A DNA stretch of 64,000 nt, taken from NCBI GenBank assembly GCA_030141605.1, contig JAQGDQ010002395.1, positions 53,056 to 117,055 on the forward strand. The letters run 5' to 3'. The notes under the pieces are model-generated. The model saw only the letters and a list, made by a program, of their open reading frames with translations, was not told the origin of the DNA and ran no database searches. The position numbers were made by a program, and so were the translations under genes. The stretch comes from Tubiluchus corallicola (taxonomy: Eukaryota > Animalia > Priapulida). Position 1 is the stretch's first letter; every line of letters begins with the position of its first letter. Below, piece by piece: positions 20,422 to 32,200 of the stretch.

Positions 20422-22278
20422 TTATTCTATAATTAAATTTCTGTTTTTAGGATATTTAACTGAGTATCTTAAATCAAATTCTTTTTTGTCATTTGGATTG
20501 AGATTAAACTCCCATTTTATTTTACCTGTTTCGGGGTCATGTTTTGCGTTAGATAAGTTTTGGATCTTTACTTCTATTTCCTTTGTTGTTGAAACAGGAA
20601 CCTGGTCAAGGATAATCATATCAATTTTTTGGCTTTTGCTATTCCTTACTGTTATTTTCCATGCCATGCTATCTTCTTTTTTACTGCCAATAGATTGTTT
20701 ATTTGTAAACTCTTTGATTTTTTCTCTATTTACAGATACTTTTTTATCTCGTCCTAACGATATTCCCAGAGTATCTGAAGCATATCTTACATCCAACAGG
20801 GCCTTGCCGATATAGGTGTCTTCAAAAAATAGGTTGGCTTCTCCTTCAAGAAGGCTGTATTGTTCCCAGTCTGTGATATTTGCTATTAGGAAGGCATTTT
20901 TGTCAATTTTTGGTACACAATAGTATTGGTAGAATGCAGGGAGGTTATAGAACTCCATGTCTACTGTGTAGTTTTTATTATCTGATGCAATGGTGTATGG
21001 GGTTTTGATTTCAAAGTCAACTGTTGTCTGTTTTTCAACCTGGGCTGTAGGTATTGCTGAGCTGCTCACACTTTGTAGTTTTGTTTCCGATTCAGCTGAA
21101 CTGTCAACAGCGTGCAGTGGCTCCATGTATTCCTTTTTCATTTTCAAGGTTGCAGTATGCCTGTTTCTACCATCAAGTGCGACATTCATTACTGCACCGG
21201 AAATCGGTAGGGTTTGAGGGTTAAACCCAATGCATGAATAGGTGAGTTGGATTGTGTGATTGGGAATTGTTATGGTGTAGTCTCCACCCTGGTCTGTTGT
21301 GGTACCTATTGTTGTGCCATGTACAACAACAGTTGCACCCGGTAATGGTTCTCCATAATTATCAGTTACTTTTCCACTTACATTATTAGCACCCGGTTTG
21401 TAGGTTGGCGGTAATGTGTTATAACCCAGGAAGTGGGTTTTTAGTTCGGGAGCAACTCCTGATACATTTGGGTTAGCGGACGAAAGTTTAAGTTTTACAT
21501 TTTTCCAGTCAACTTTTGTGTTTTGCTTGACATTAGCTTTGTATATTAACTGAATCGGTTCGCTTATGTTTTTTGCTCGAATGTCGTATGAGGGAAACCA
21601 TCCGGCATTATCGACGATATATGAGATTTCAAATGAAAATATACCGGTTTTTTTAGTATCTACTTTAACCAGTATTTCTCCGGCAGGAATTTTTTTTTGG
21701 ACAGTCAGAGCCCTGATTTGGTTTTGCAGGTCTGTTCTCTGATTATTAAGCTCTTTTATTGTTTTGTTATGTTCAATTTCCGATAGTTTCAGAGATGTTA
21801 GTTTTTCATTATAAAATTTTGATGTTTGCTGAAGGTTTGTAACACTGATTTGTTCATTTTTACCGCCAATGTTCCTGTTCTCGTGTAGGAAAGCCAATTC
21901 TTCCTTAATAACCGATAGGTGTGTGTATTCGATTTTCACCTTATTTTCAATCTCTTCAAGCCTGTTCTCCATATCCAGCAATTCTTTGGGTTTTTGGAGC
22001 TTGTCTAGGTAGTTTTGCTGGTGGTTTACTGATAAGATAGTTATTCCCCCTTCAGCTTTTACCTGAACGCTTTTGTGGTCAATGAAGGGGGAGAGGTTTA
22101 TATATTTAAGTGTTGTGGTTCCTTTTGCCAGGTTAACATGTTTTTTCCTTACAATTTGAGCTCCTTCAATGAATATTGTTACATTGTCTATCCTAGTTTC
22201 GACTTCTTTTTCTGTTATTTCCTGTGAAAGCAGCTTGGTGAAAGCTAGGCAAAGGGCTAAAATACTTATTGTTTTCAT
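20422..22278 (-). CDS. DUF4140/DUF4139 (MuiA-like) protein with an inserted carboxypeptidase-regulatory-like domain
   Basis: VTIFIEGAQIVR, AGWFPSYDIR, GEPLPGATVVVHGT, LLEGEANLFFE, DQVPVS. Confidence 0.88.
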   Translation of the reverse strand: MKTISILALCLAFTKLLSQEITEKEVETRIDNVTIFIEGAQIVRKKHVNLAKGTTTLKYINLSPFIDHKSVQVKAEGGITILSVNHQQNYLDKLQKPKELLDMENRLEEIENKVKIEYTHLSVIKEELAFLHENRNIGGKNEQISVTNLQQTSKFYNEKLTSLKLSEIEHNKTIKELNNQRTDLQNQIRALTVQKKIPAGEILVKVDTKKTGIFSFEISYIVDNAGWFPSYDIRAKNISEPIQLIYKANVKQNTKVDWKNVKLKLSSANPNVSGVAPELKTHFLGYNTLPPTYKPGANNVSGKVTDNYGEPLPGATVVVHGTTIGTTTDQGGDYTITIPNHTIQLTYSCIGFNPQTLPISGAVMNVALDGRNRHTATLKMKKEYMEPLHAVDSSAESETKLQSVSSSAIPTAQVEKQTTVDFEIKTPYTIASDNKNYTVDMEFYNLPAFYQYYCVPKIDKNAFLIANITDWEQYSLLEGEANLFFEDTYIGKALLDVRYASDTLGISLGRDKKVSVNREKIKEFTNKQSIGSKKEDSMAWKITVRNSKSQKIDMIILDQVPVSTTKEIEVKIQNLSNAKHDPETGKIKWEFNLNPNDKKEFDLRYSVKYPKNRNLIIE

Positions 22279-23762
22279 CTATTTATTGTGACCAGTTTTA
22301 ACTGTTGTACGCAAAAGAAAGTAGTAACTTCAAAAGTAGTAACTTATTTTTAATTGAATACTATTATTTAAATATGCATAAGCTTCGTTGATGTTTATGT
22401 TGTGCATATTTTATTAGTTCTTATTTTAGAATATCAATTTTCAGGTTGTTTTTCAATGTATGGGTGTTTTTGCAGAATTCACCTTTTTTATTAGCATATT
22501 TTGTGAGAGTCTTTTTCAGTGTTTCCGGTTATACCAGCGGACTGAAAGTTTTCAATATTTTTTGATTTGTATTGCTTTGTGAGGCTGTTTTAAGGTGTTT
22601 GTTTCAAGCAGAGGGGGCATAATTATAATACGAATGGTGCAAAAAAGTTAATTTACGCTAAATAATACGAATGGTTTTAAGTTATGAAAAGCGATTGTCT
22701 AAGGCTTTCGTTAATGCATAGTAAAGGGTTGAAAATACCTTTAAGTAGTCCATAAGTACAATGAGATAAATAAATATCGATTTAAGCCATCCCCTAAAGG
22801 TGGTTTTTTTATGCTTAAGACTGGGTTGAAGACACCCCTGCTATTTAATCTTATGGAGTAGCAAAAAGGTGATTTGGGTACAGGGTTGGGCATAGTTTTA
22901 ATATCATTTTTGAGATTGTTGACACCCTCACTTTGCAGTTTTTTTGCTTACTATGCTCGGACGGGTGCTTTACGGTAAAGTAAAGGTATGGCAAAGCAAA
23001 AAACATGCAAAATAAATATTATTGCATAAATCCACTTTGTGTGTATGCTTTGTAGCCTATATAAAACGGAAGTGCAGGGTTTGATAACTGCACCTAGTTT
23101 AGTAGAGCATCTTTTGCTATAATACGGGTAGTGATTGGAGCAACAATATTTTCAAAGCCCCAGGTAGCTGTAATTTAATAATAAAAACAGATGAGCATTT
23201 TAAAGCTAACAATAGACTGTACTACTACACTATCCAGTGGAAGGTATACCGCTATAGGGGAGGCAGGTTGCTGGCACAAGTAACATGGTTTTCGCAAAGT
23301 GAGCTATCATTTAGATAGTTTATGCCGATGGTACAATAAGAAGAGGCAGAAAAGAACATGAGCAAGGAGCAGACTGCAAATGATACAACAAAGATTCTTT
23401 AGGCGTAGCCTTTGTAGGTATTGATAGCTTTTCACTCCCGCAGCTTACCAACTTATTCAGGCTATTCACAGAGCTTTTAAAAAAAGTATAAGCGAGCCAC
23501 TGTATATTGAGGAGTATAACGGGTTTAGCAGTAAACAGGGTATGCTCGGTTCCTCAAAAAACTATTAAAGCAATAGTAAAATGGAAAAAAACGTGCAAGG
23601 TTGCTTCTTTTTTTCAATGCCCTAAAAATGGAAGTACCCATTTTTAAACTATTCATAGGTTTTAGTTGCGGCTTAGCTGTGTGTGTACTGTTTGTTCTAA
23701 AGCAGGTGCTATAAAAGTATGGAAGGAGAAGAGGGTTTATGGTTGCATAGATTTTTTCCTCA

Positions 23763-23793
23763 TTTGGCAGAAAGCTAAAAAAGATTACATTTG
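23763..23793 (+). promoter_or_regulatory. Bacteroidota sigma-A promoter
   Basis: TTTG (23763-66), N19, TACATTTG (23786-93), upstream of the GTG at 23832. Confidence 0.7.
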
Positions 23794-23831
23794 CACTGTT
23801 CTGGACAAAATTTATAGAAAAAAAAATAATC

Positions 23832-25073
23832 GTGGATATTTTTAGTAAGATTAAATCTAAGGGCGATCTTGGAAAATACCAGAAAGATGCACACGGGTAC
23901 TTTGCATTTCCTAAGCTGGGGGGAGAGATTCATCCTCGTATGAAGTTTAGAGGTAAAGAGGTACTTACGTGGAGTTTGAATAATTATCTTGGGCTGGCTA
24001 ATCATCCGAAGGTGCGTAATACTGATAGTGAGGCTACTGCTAAGTACGGCATGGCATATCCTATGGGTGCCAGGATGATGTCTGGGCATACTAGTAAGCA
24101 TGAGGAGCTTGAGCAGCAGTTGTCGGAGTTTGTAGGTAAGCCCGATACTTTCCTGCTAAATTATGGTTATCAGGGTATGGTGTCTATTATAGATGCTTTG
24201 TGTGGAAGGCATGATGTTATCGTTTATGATGCTGAGTCTCATGCTTGTATTGTTGACGGGGTACGCCTGCACATGGGTAAGCGTTTTGTTTTTCTCCACA
24301 ATGATATGGATAGCCTTAGTAAGCAACTGGGTCATGCAGCAAGGGTGGTGGAGAAGACAGGAGGGGGTATTTTGGTTATCACAGAGGGTGTTTTTGGTAT
24401 GGCCGGTGATCTTGGCAAGTTGGATGAGATTATCTCCATGAAGAAGAAGTACAATTTCAGGCTACTGGTAGATGATGCTCACGGTTTTGGAACAATGGGC
24501 AAGCTGGGTGCGGGAACAGGTTTACACTTTGGAGTACAGGACGATATAGATCTTTATTTTGGGACATTTGCTAAGGCGATGGCAGGTATCGGGGGTTTTG
24601 TGTCATGTGACGAGGAGGTTTGCAACTTTTTGCGTTATAATATGCGCTCTCAGACTTTTGCCAAATCGTTACCGATGCCGATGGTAATAGGTGCTCTAAA
24701 AAGACTTGAGTTGATACGTTCAAATCCCGAGTTTGTAGAGCGGCTGTGGGTAATAGTGTGTGCTCTTCAGAAGGGGCTGAGAGAGAATGGGTTTAATCTT
24801 GGAAATACCAGTTCTCCCGTAACTCCTATATATCTTTCTGGGAGTGTTCCTGAGGGCACTAATGTGGTAATGGATCTTCGTGAAAATTACAATATTTTTT
24901 GCTCAATAGTTATATATCCCGTTATTCCTAAGGGGCAGCTGTTATTGAGACTTATTCCGACAGCCATGCACTCGCTTGAGGATGTAGAGTATACTATTAA
25001 GGTGTTTTCAGAGGTGAGGAGAAAGCTTAAGGAGGGAAAGTATTCAACAGAGCAGATGGCGCAGATGCTTTAG
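23832..25073 (+). CDS. PLP-dependent alpha-oxoamine synthase, likely cysteate acyltransferase (SulA/CapB) of sulfonolipid synthesis
   Basis: SLNNYLGLANHP, DDAHGFG, TFAK. The motifs HGYFAFPKL, PMGARMMSG and RYNMRSQ..AKSLPMPMV match my recollection of Alistipes SulA rather than SPT or BioF. Confidence 0.75.
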   Translation: MDIFSKIKSKGDLGKYQKDAHGYFAFPKLGGEIHPRMKFRGKEVLTWSLNNYLGLANHPKVRNTDSEATAKYGMAYPMGARMMSGHTSKHEELEQQLSEFVGKPDTFLLNYGYQGMVSIIDALCGRHDVIVYDAESHACIVDGVRLHMGKRFVFLHNDMDSLSKQLGHAARVVEKTGGGILVITEGVFGMAGDLGKLDEIISMKKKYNFRLLVDDAHGFGTMGKLGAGTGLHFGVQDDIDLYFGTFAKAMAGIGGFVSCDEEVCNFLRYNMRSQTFAKSLPMPMVIGALKRLELIRSNPEFVERLWVIVCALQKGLRENGFNLGNTSSPVTPIYLSGSVPEGTNVVMDLRENYNIFCSIVIYPVIPKGQLLLRLIPTAMHSLEDVEYTIKVFSEVRRKLKEGKYSTEQMAQML

Positions 25074-25162
25074 GGAGTGAATGGTATTGATGAGTATAGT
25101 ATTATAGGCTGACGGCTTTGCTATCTATCAAAGCCCTTTAAGAGCAGTTTTTTCTGTTTTGC

Positions 25163-25425
25163 AGAGTTTATAAGATTCATCTGATTTTGTTTTGACGATT
25201 TTCCTATCATAATCTGTAAAGTTTTGCATGTAAGTTATAGTAAGTTCTTGCATTTTAGGTCACTATAATTTGTTGAGGTTTTAAATTCTATATTGATAAT
25301 ATTGAGCAGGTTGGGATTAATTTCAGGAGCGGATAAATAATAAAGTGAGGTCTTTGCGAAGGTCTCAAAGCATAAAGAGGTTGCAAGTTTGATGGCTGCA
25401 ACCTCTTTTATTATTTTATCTGTTT
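25163..25425. repeat. Left copy of 263-bp direct repeat (target duplication of IS1634)
   Basis: Appears identical to 27073-27335 and abuts the IS left IR. Confidence 0.95.
25374..25408. terminator. Hairpin, likely bidirectional terminator (duplicated at 27284-27318)
   Basis: aaagaggttgca-N11-tgcaacctcttt, between convergent genes. Confidence 0.6.
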
Positions 25426-27072
25426 CCTGTTTTGTGCACCACAACGACGCCCCAAGAATGCACTATTGATTATCAGCAAGATAGGAATTTCAAATTTGCA
25501 TTTTGGGTGCTGCATGCTTAATTTTATGCATGTTTGTCCGAAAAAATAAGAATCGGGAGTGGTTCTGTGAGTGTACAGATAATCTCAAAAAATCATGGTA
25601 AATATAAGGTTGTAAAAACCGTAGGTTGCGCAAAAACAAAGCGGGAAGAAGAATTGCTTTTATTGCTTGCCAACACAGAGATAGAGCGGCTTAGGGGCAT
25701 GCAATCGCTTTTTGTTGAACACGATGATTTGGTGGTTGAAAACTTTGTGGGCAGCATTGCAAACAATCATTTACAAGTTGTAGGAAGTGAATTAATTTTA
25801 GGCAAAATTTATCAAGTCTTTAACTTTCCGGATGATGGGTGCTGCAATTATTTTCGCAACCTGGTATTATGTCGGTTAGTGTACCCGGGAAGCAAATTAA
25901 AAACCGTTGACTATTTTAGACAGCACCTGAATACAGATGTTAGCGTACACACTATTTATCGTTTCCTTGACGAGCTAAATACAAGTTTAAAGCCACAAAT
26001 TGAACAACTTACCTTTAAGCACACCAGGAAGCTACTAAAAGGAAAGATAAGTGTCGCATTTTATGATATGACCACATTGTATTTTGAGGCATCAGAAGAA
26101 GATGACTACCGTATTCCCGGATTCAACAAAGATGGCAAGCATCAACAACCGCAAATAATGATAGGTTTACTGGTGGGTAAATATGGATACCCGATTGGCT
26201 ATCAAATATTCGAGGGAAACACCTCTGAAACAAAAACACTAATCCCTGTTCTGGAAGCCTTTCAAAATAAATTTAATATCGAAAGGCCTATTGTAGTTGC
26301 CGATGCAGCTTTACTCTCGCAGAAGAACATAAATGCCTTGATTGAAAACAAATACGAGTACATACTTGGAGGACGGATAAAGAATGAAAGTCAAAAAATA
26401 AAAGAAAAAATTATAACTCTTGATATTAAAGAAAACAAGCCAGTTGAGTTGAAAAACAAGAATGGAAGGTTGATTATCAGCTTCTCAGAAAAAAGAGCCT
26501 TCAACGATAAAAAAACAGAGAGAAGGGCTTAAAAAGACTTGAAAAACGTGTTGCTTCCGGCAAGCTAACAAAGAATCGCATAAATAATCGCGGGTATAAT
26601 AAATATCTGAATCTGTCGGGGGAGATTGCCGTTAAAATCGACTACGATAAGTTCCAGTCAGATAGAGTTTGGGATGGGTTGAAGGGTTATGTAACCAATA
26701 CCCATTTACCGAGAAAAGATGTTATCGGGAATTATAGTCAGTTGTGGCAAGTGGAAAAAGCTTTTCGTATATCAAAAACTGATTTACGAATACGGCCAGT
26801 TTATCACCGCTTAAAAGAACGCATTGAAGCCCATATCTGTATTTGTTTCACAGCCTATGCCATTTACAAAGAGCTGGAAAGGTTATTGAAGGCAAATAAT
26901 ATTGATATCTCTGCTGAAAAAGCCTTGGAACAAATCCGGCAGATCAGGCAGCTGCAATACACTCTGCCCAAATCGAAACAAGTCAGAACAAAAATATTAC
27001 AGCCAACTGAAATGCAAAAAAAGTTGTTAAATATGAAATTATAAACTTGGGTGCTGCAATGCACAAAACAGG
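25426..27072 (+). mobile_element. IS1634-family insertion sequence
   Basis: Terminal IR cctgttttgtgca / tgcacaaaacagg, long flanking direct repeats, IS1634-type transposase. Confidence 0.93.
25530..27044 (+). pseudogene. IS1634 transposase, frameshifted
   Basis: MFVRKNKNR|SGSVSVQ (shift at cgggagt ~25557), YDMTTLYFE, VVADAALLS, further shifts at ~26512 (A tract) and ~26573, then YSQLWQVEKAFRISKTDLRIRPVYHR. Confidence 0.9.
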
Positions 27073-27335
27073 AGAGTTTATAAGATTCATCTGATTTTGT
27101 TTTGACGATTTTCCTATCATAATCTGTAAAGTTTTGCATGTAAGTTATAGTAAGTTCTTGCATTTTAGGTCACTATAATTTGTTGAGGTTTTAAATTCTA
27201 TATTGATAATATTGAGCAGGTTGGGATTAATTTCAGGAGCGGATAAATAATAAAGTGAGGTCTTTGCGAAGGTCTCAAAGCATAAAGAGGTTGCAAGTTT
27301 GATGGCTGCAACCTCTTTTATTATTTTATCTGTTT
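27073..27335. repeat. Right copy of 263-bp direct repeat
   Basis: Matches 25163-25425 and abuts the IS right IR. Confidence 0.95.
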
Positions 27336-27490
27336 AACCAGAGTTTGAAGATTTCCTGTTTTGATATTTTCGAAGTTCATATTTTTATTAATATTCTCTT
27401 CAAAATCTTCATTTACAACAGTAAGTTGTGGGTTTTCATTGGATTTTTCCTCATTCTGAGCTAAGTTTTTTATTTTTTTAAGATCTCATT

Positions 27491-29197
27491 TTAGTAATAG
27501 CCTTCATTCTGTTTTAAGACAGGGTTGTTATTAGCTATAGACAGGTCGATCTGAGTTTGCGGGATAGGCCAGATTTCGTGTTGTCCTTTGGAAAATGTTT
27601 TGCCGGAAAGGTGTACCATAACTGTTCCTTCTACACTGAGGTAGTCATTCATAGTATCTCCTGCTATTCCCCAGCGTACGAGATCAAAGAAACGCATTCC
27701 CTCCATGGCAAATTCCAGGCGGGTTTCGTGGCGAATAGCTTTCAGTGCATACTCTTTGGAAGGGAAGTCTTCCGTATACGGTTCAACTTTATAGTTTGCG
27801 GCCGGAGCTCCATCGTCAAATCTTACTACGTTTGAGGATTTTGCTCTGTTGCGTATTTCATTTACCAAAGAGGTTGCGCGAGTCAAAGATCCTATTTCTG
27901 CTTCACATTCAGCCAGCCACAAAATTACATGTCCCAGTCTGAATTTACGAAAGTTGTTACTGTTAACGCCTGTTGTCCATCCTGTAGATGTTTGAGCTGT
28001 AGCTTTTTCTGCCTCTTTAAACATGTTTTTTTTGTATAAGTACGGGCCTCCGTTGGATGGTTCGCGTATCCATGAGTTTCCTTCCATTATTCCCCAGTCT
28101 AGGTAGGGAATTCCTGGGCGTCCGACAGTGTGGTCGAGCCGGGGATCAATGGTTCCTTTATACTGTTTGTCAGGCTCGGGATCGAATGGCAGCATGTCGT
28201 CTGCTGAGTAGGTGTCGTTAAGCAGAGGCAGCCCCGTATTATCGTCAACCCTATAGGCGCTTACGAGGCTATGTGTGGGTTGAAAGAAGCCACAGCAGGT
28301 TCCTGTTGGAGCTCCCCCGAAAGGGTAGTTAAGGGCATCACCCCAGCCTCCGTTATACGAGCCGTTGGAGCCATCGTTTACAGCATACTGTATCTCGAAT
28401 ATTGATTCTTTGTTATTGTTGTGGTTGATTTCATAATTCATCTCATAACTTTCAACTAGCTGAAATACCCCACTGGAGTAGACATCGTCCAGCACCGGTT
28501 TTGCCATATTAAATTTTCCTTGAAACATGTAGACGCGGGCCAGATAGGTTTTTGCTGCCCATTGTGTTGCACGCCCTTTATCACTTCCCCAGTTATCTGG
28601 CAGGTTGTCTACTGCAAACTCCAGGTCACTCTCTATTTCACTCCATACGAGCCTGTCATTTGGTACAGTATGTGGCTCTTCTGTGTTTTCGTCAATGTAT
28701 GGTACCTTCCCATGTACCAGTGTAAGTTCGACATAGAAATGTGCTCTGAGAAATTTTGCCTGGGCTTCAGCCTGAGCTTTTTCTTTTTCACTCATATCAT
28801 CCGCCTTAACAGTAGCCAGCAAAACATCATTAGCACGGCGAATACCATCATAAAGCGGCTCCCAGTGGTTTTTTACATACGTATTTTCAGCGTCAACATA
28901 AAATCCCTCAATAGGGTTAATACTGGGCTGGTCACCAGATGATGAACCCTTGTATGCATCATCTGAGGCAACACTGCCCCAAACCCAGTTAGAAACGGCG
29001 CTTGCCCAGTTGTCTGCACTTGGGCGATTTGTTCCGTCAACAACAGCATAGGTGCCGGTTAATAGGGCATTTACACCTTCTTTATTATAAAGTAGTTCAA
29101 CATGAGCCTGCCCTTTGGGTTTAATCTCAAACCAGGAGTCAGAGCAGGAGTATAAAACAATTGTTACTAGTGCTATAATAATATATGTCTTTTTCAT
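27491..29197 (-). CDS. SusD/RagB nutrient-binding lipoprotein
   Basis: Lipobox LYSC, AKFLRAHFY, ESIFEIQY, RLEFAMEGMRFFDLVRWG, QNEGY. Confidence 0.95.
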   Translation of the reverse strand: MKKTYIIIALVTIVLYSCSDSWFEIKPKGQAHVELLYNKEGVNALLTGTYAVVDGTNRPSADNWASAVSNWVWGSVASDDAYKGSSSGDQPSINPIEGFYVDAENTYVKNHWEPLYDGIRRANDVLLATVKADDMSEKEKAQAEAQAKFLRAHFYVELTLVHGKVPYIDENTEEPHTVPNDRLVWSEIESDLEFAVDNLPDNWGSDKGRATQWAAKTYLARVYMFQGKFNMAKPVLDDVYSSGVFQLVESYEMNYEINHNNNKESIFEIQYAVNDGSNGSYNGGWGDALNYPFGGAPTGTCCGFFQPTHSLVSAYRVDDNTGLPLLNDTYSADDMLPFDPEPDKQYKGTIDPRLDHTVGRPGIPYLDWGIMEGNSWIREPSNGGPYLYKKNMFKEAEKATAQTSTGWTTGVNSNNFRKFRLGHVILWLAECEAEIGSLTRATSLVNEIRNRAKSSNVVRFDDGAPAANYKVEPYTEDFPSKEYALKAIRHETRLEFAMEGMRFFDLVRWGIAGDTMNDYLSVEGTVMVHLSGKTFSKGQHEIWPIPQTQIDLSIANNNPVLKQNEGYY

Positions 29198-29235
29198 AAT
29201 TTATATGTGTTTTTAATTTATAAAAACTATCAGGG

Positions 29236-32200
29236 TTACAAGTTCAGGTTTATCCCAAAAAGAAACATTTGTGAGGTGGGGTAAACACCCTCATCCACGC
29301 CAATATGGCGATCTGCATTATCGCCATTGTTGATAATCTCAGGGTCGAGTCCACTGTATCCGGTAATTGTAAGCAGATTTGTTGCTTGTGCATAAAGCCT
29401 TAAACGCTCAATGCCCCATTTAGAGGTTACTTCTGCCGGGATGGTATAGCCAATTTGTAGGTCCTTTATGCGGAGGTAAGAGCCATCTTCAACAAAGAAA
29501 GTTGAGGTTCTTTGCATCACTTCGTCATCTTTAAGTGCGATAGGCATTGTAATTTTATCTCCGTTTTCATAACGTTCGGCTGTCCATGATTCATAGAGTC
29601 TTTGTGTGCTACGATTTCCCTGAAAGTTGCTAAATAGTATCCACCGGTTTACATAGTTTATCAGTTTATTGCCTTGTGACCCCTGAATAAACATTGTCAT
29701 ATCCCAGCTTTTATACTGTGAGCCAATGTTTAGCCCATAAGTAAAATCGGGGTGTGGGCTGCCTATAAAGGTGCGATCCTCCGATGTTATCTTGCCATCG
29801 CCGTTCACATCTTTATATTTGAATACTCCGGGGCGGCTATAGCTGTCAACTCCATCTTTATCAGGGTTATATGGGCTATGTGCAGCGATCTCTTCTGCTG
29901 TGTTGAAAATACCTTCAACCACATATCCATAGAAGGAAGATATGGGTCTACCACTTGTACTTGCGGTGTATATGTTTTGACGAAGCTCATCTCCCCAGAG
30001 AATTTCGTTCGAGTTATCATTAAGTTTTGTGATTTCGTTTTTGTAGTGGGAGATGCTGGCACGGATATCAAAATAGAAGTCATTACCTGCCTGTCCGTGA
30101 TAAGTGATCATCAGATCACACCCTCTGTTTTTCATCTCGCCAACATTTATGGCAGGAAGTACCAAATATCCATACACACTGGGAAGTTGTTGTTTGTAAA
30201 GCATATCTGTGGTCAGACGGTTATACCAGTCGAAATTGACCTGCAGTTTACTGTCAAATACCGTAATATCGAGGCCAACATTGGTGGTTGTGGTAGATTC
30301 CCATTTTCCATCCAGGTTACCCAGCTTATAGCGGTGGAATCCTGGCACCGTGGATGTGTTTGATCCTGACAGGCTGTAGTATGATTCGTTAATATGAGCC
30401 CGATAGGTGCTGTAGCTATTGTAGTTTCCACCAACGTTGTCATTACCATTTTGGCCCCAGCCTATTCTTAATTTAAGGTCGTTAAGCCAGCCATACTCTG
30501 TCAAAAAAGATTCTTCAGATATTCTCCACCCAGCAGAGAGTGCGGGGAATGTTCCCCATCGATGCGTTTTTGCAAATCTTGAAGAGCCATCACGACGTAA
30601 AACAGCTTCTAGAAGATACTTATCTCTAAAGCTGTAGTTTATTCTGCCAAAGTAGGAAAATGTAAACCATTCGTCAAAGGATCCTGTCGCGGTCTGATCG
30701 GATTCTCCCGAGTCTAAGACCATGTAGTCTGTATCTGTCATAAAGTATACACTCCGGCTTGCATTAAACCACTCCCAGTAGTCGCTAACGCATTCAGATC
30801 CCAGCAGCACCTTAATGTTATGTATATCATCAATAGTAGTGCTAAAATTAAGTGTGTTTGACCAGTTCCACTGGATTCCTCCTTCAAACTTCTGTGTTAG
30901 TTGGTCGTTAGGTTTTCCTTCTGAAAATTCCGGATCCATAATGCGCCGGTCCTGTTCGCGCGTGCTATTGTAATCGACACCAAACAGAGTTCGAAACGTA
31001 AGGTTTTTAGGTAGGTTTAGCTGTGCATATACATTTGCGAGTATACGCATTTCCCGAACATAATCATCCTTGTTGCGAGTGAGTACAGCTACGGGGTTTT
31101 GTGCGTTACCTGTTGTTGCAGCCTGTGTTCCGGCAAAGTTGCCTTTAATATCATAAACTGGAATGATAGGTTGCATTCTATAAGCCCAAGAGACAGAGTT
31201 TCCCTCATCATTATTACCAAATCCATTACGGTTGACATATGAAGCTCCGAGGCTTTCCCCTATTTCCAGCCAGTCTGTAACTTTAGCATCAGCGTTAGAG
31301 CGTAGGGAGAATCGCTCAAAACCGGTGTGCATAACTATTCCTTCCTGTTCCATATATCCGGCAGAAAAAGCGTAGTTGCTGTTTTCGCTTCCTCCCGACA
31401 GGCCTATGTTGTATTCCTGCACAGGGGCAAGGTTAAATATCTCATCGTACCAGTTAGTGCCTTGCTTGTTAGCACGAGTAATGCCATTGTAGGGACTTGG
31501 GTATGAATAGCTACTTTCATCCACTTCGCCTTCCATCTTGCCTGCAGGTATTATATAGTCGGGAATAATGGGTGTTTCTCCATACCCTAACTGTTCATTT
31601 CCCCAGCCATTATCTCCCGGATTTAATCCCGCATTGCGGTTTTCCATCCACAAAAGATCCGCATACTCTTGGGTATTCAACAGGTCCAGTTGATTGGTGG
31701 CGCGTTGTATCCCGAAACGCGCATCGAAACTAAGTCTTGTCTTTCCCGGTTTTCCACGCTTTGTAGTAATAATAATAACTCCATTAGCAGCACGAACACC
31801 GTATATAGCTGAGGAGGAAGCATCTTTAAGCACCGACATGGATTCAATATCGTTGGGATTGATTTTACTTAGTCCGTCAGTTGAAGGCACCCCGTCAATA
31901 ATGTATAGCGGATCGTTGTTGTTTACAGATCCAATGCCACGAACACGCACGGTAGCTTCTCCTCCGGGAGAGTTATCATTGGTTATTGTAACACCTGCAA
32001 CCCTTCCTTGTATACGTGAAGCTGCATTAGCTACAGGAATCGAGCGTAGCTCATCTTCTGAGACAGAGGTAACAGCACCTGTCAAGGTTTTCTTTTGCTG
32101 GGTACCGTAGCCAACAATAATAACTTCGTCAACATTAATAATGTCTGATTTCATGGTTACGTTAATATTGGTTCGGTCCCCAATTTCAGCATCTTGTGTT

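Noticed and set aside
25347-25366. Short palindromic gaggtctttgcgaaggtctc motif with loose relatives at ~1994, ~6238 and ~32640
   Set aside because: Too short and degenerate to call a repeat family or IS end from this window alone.
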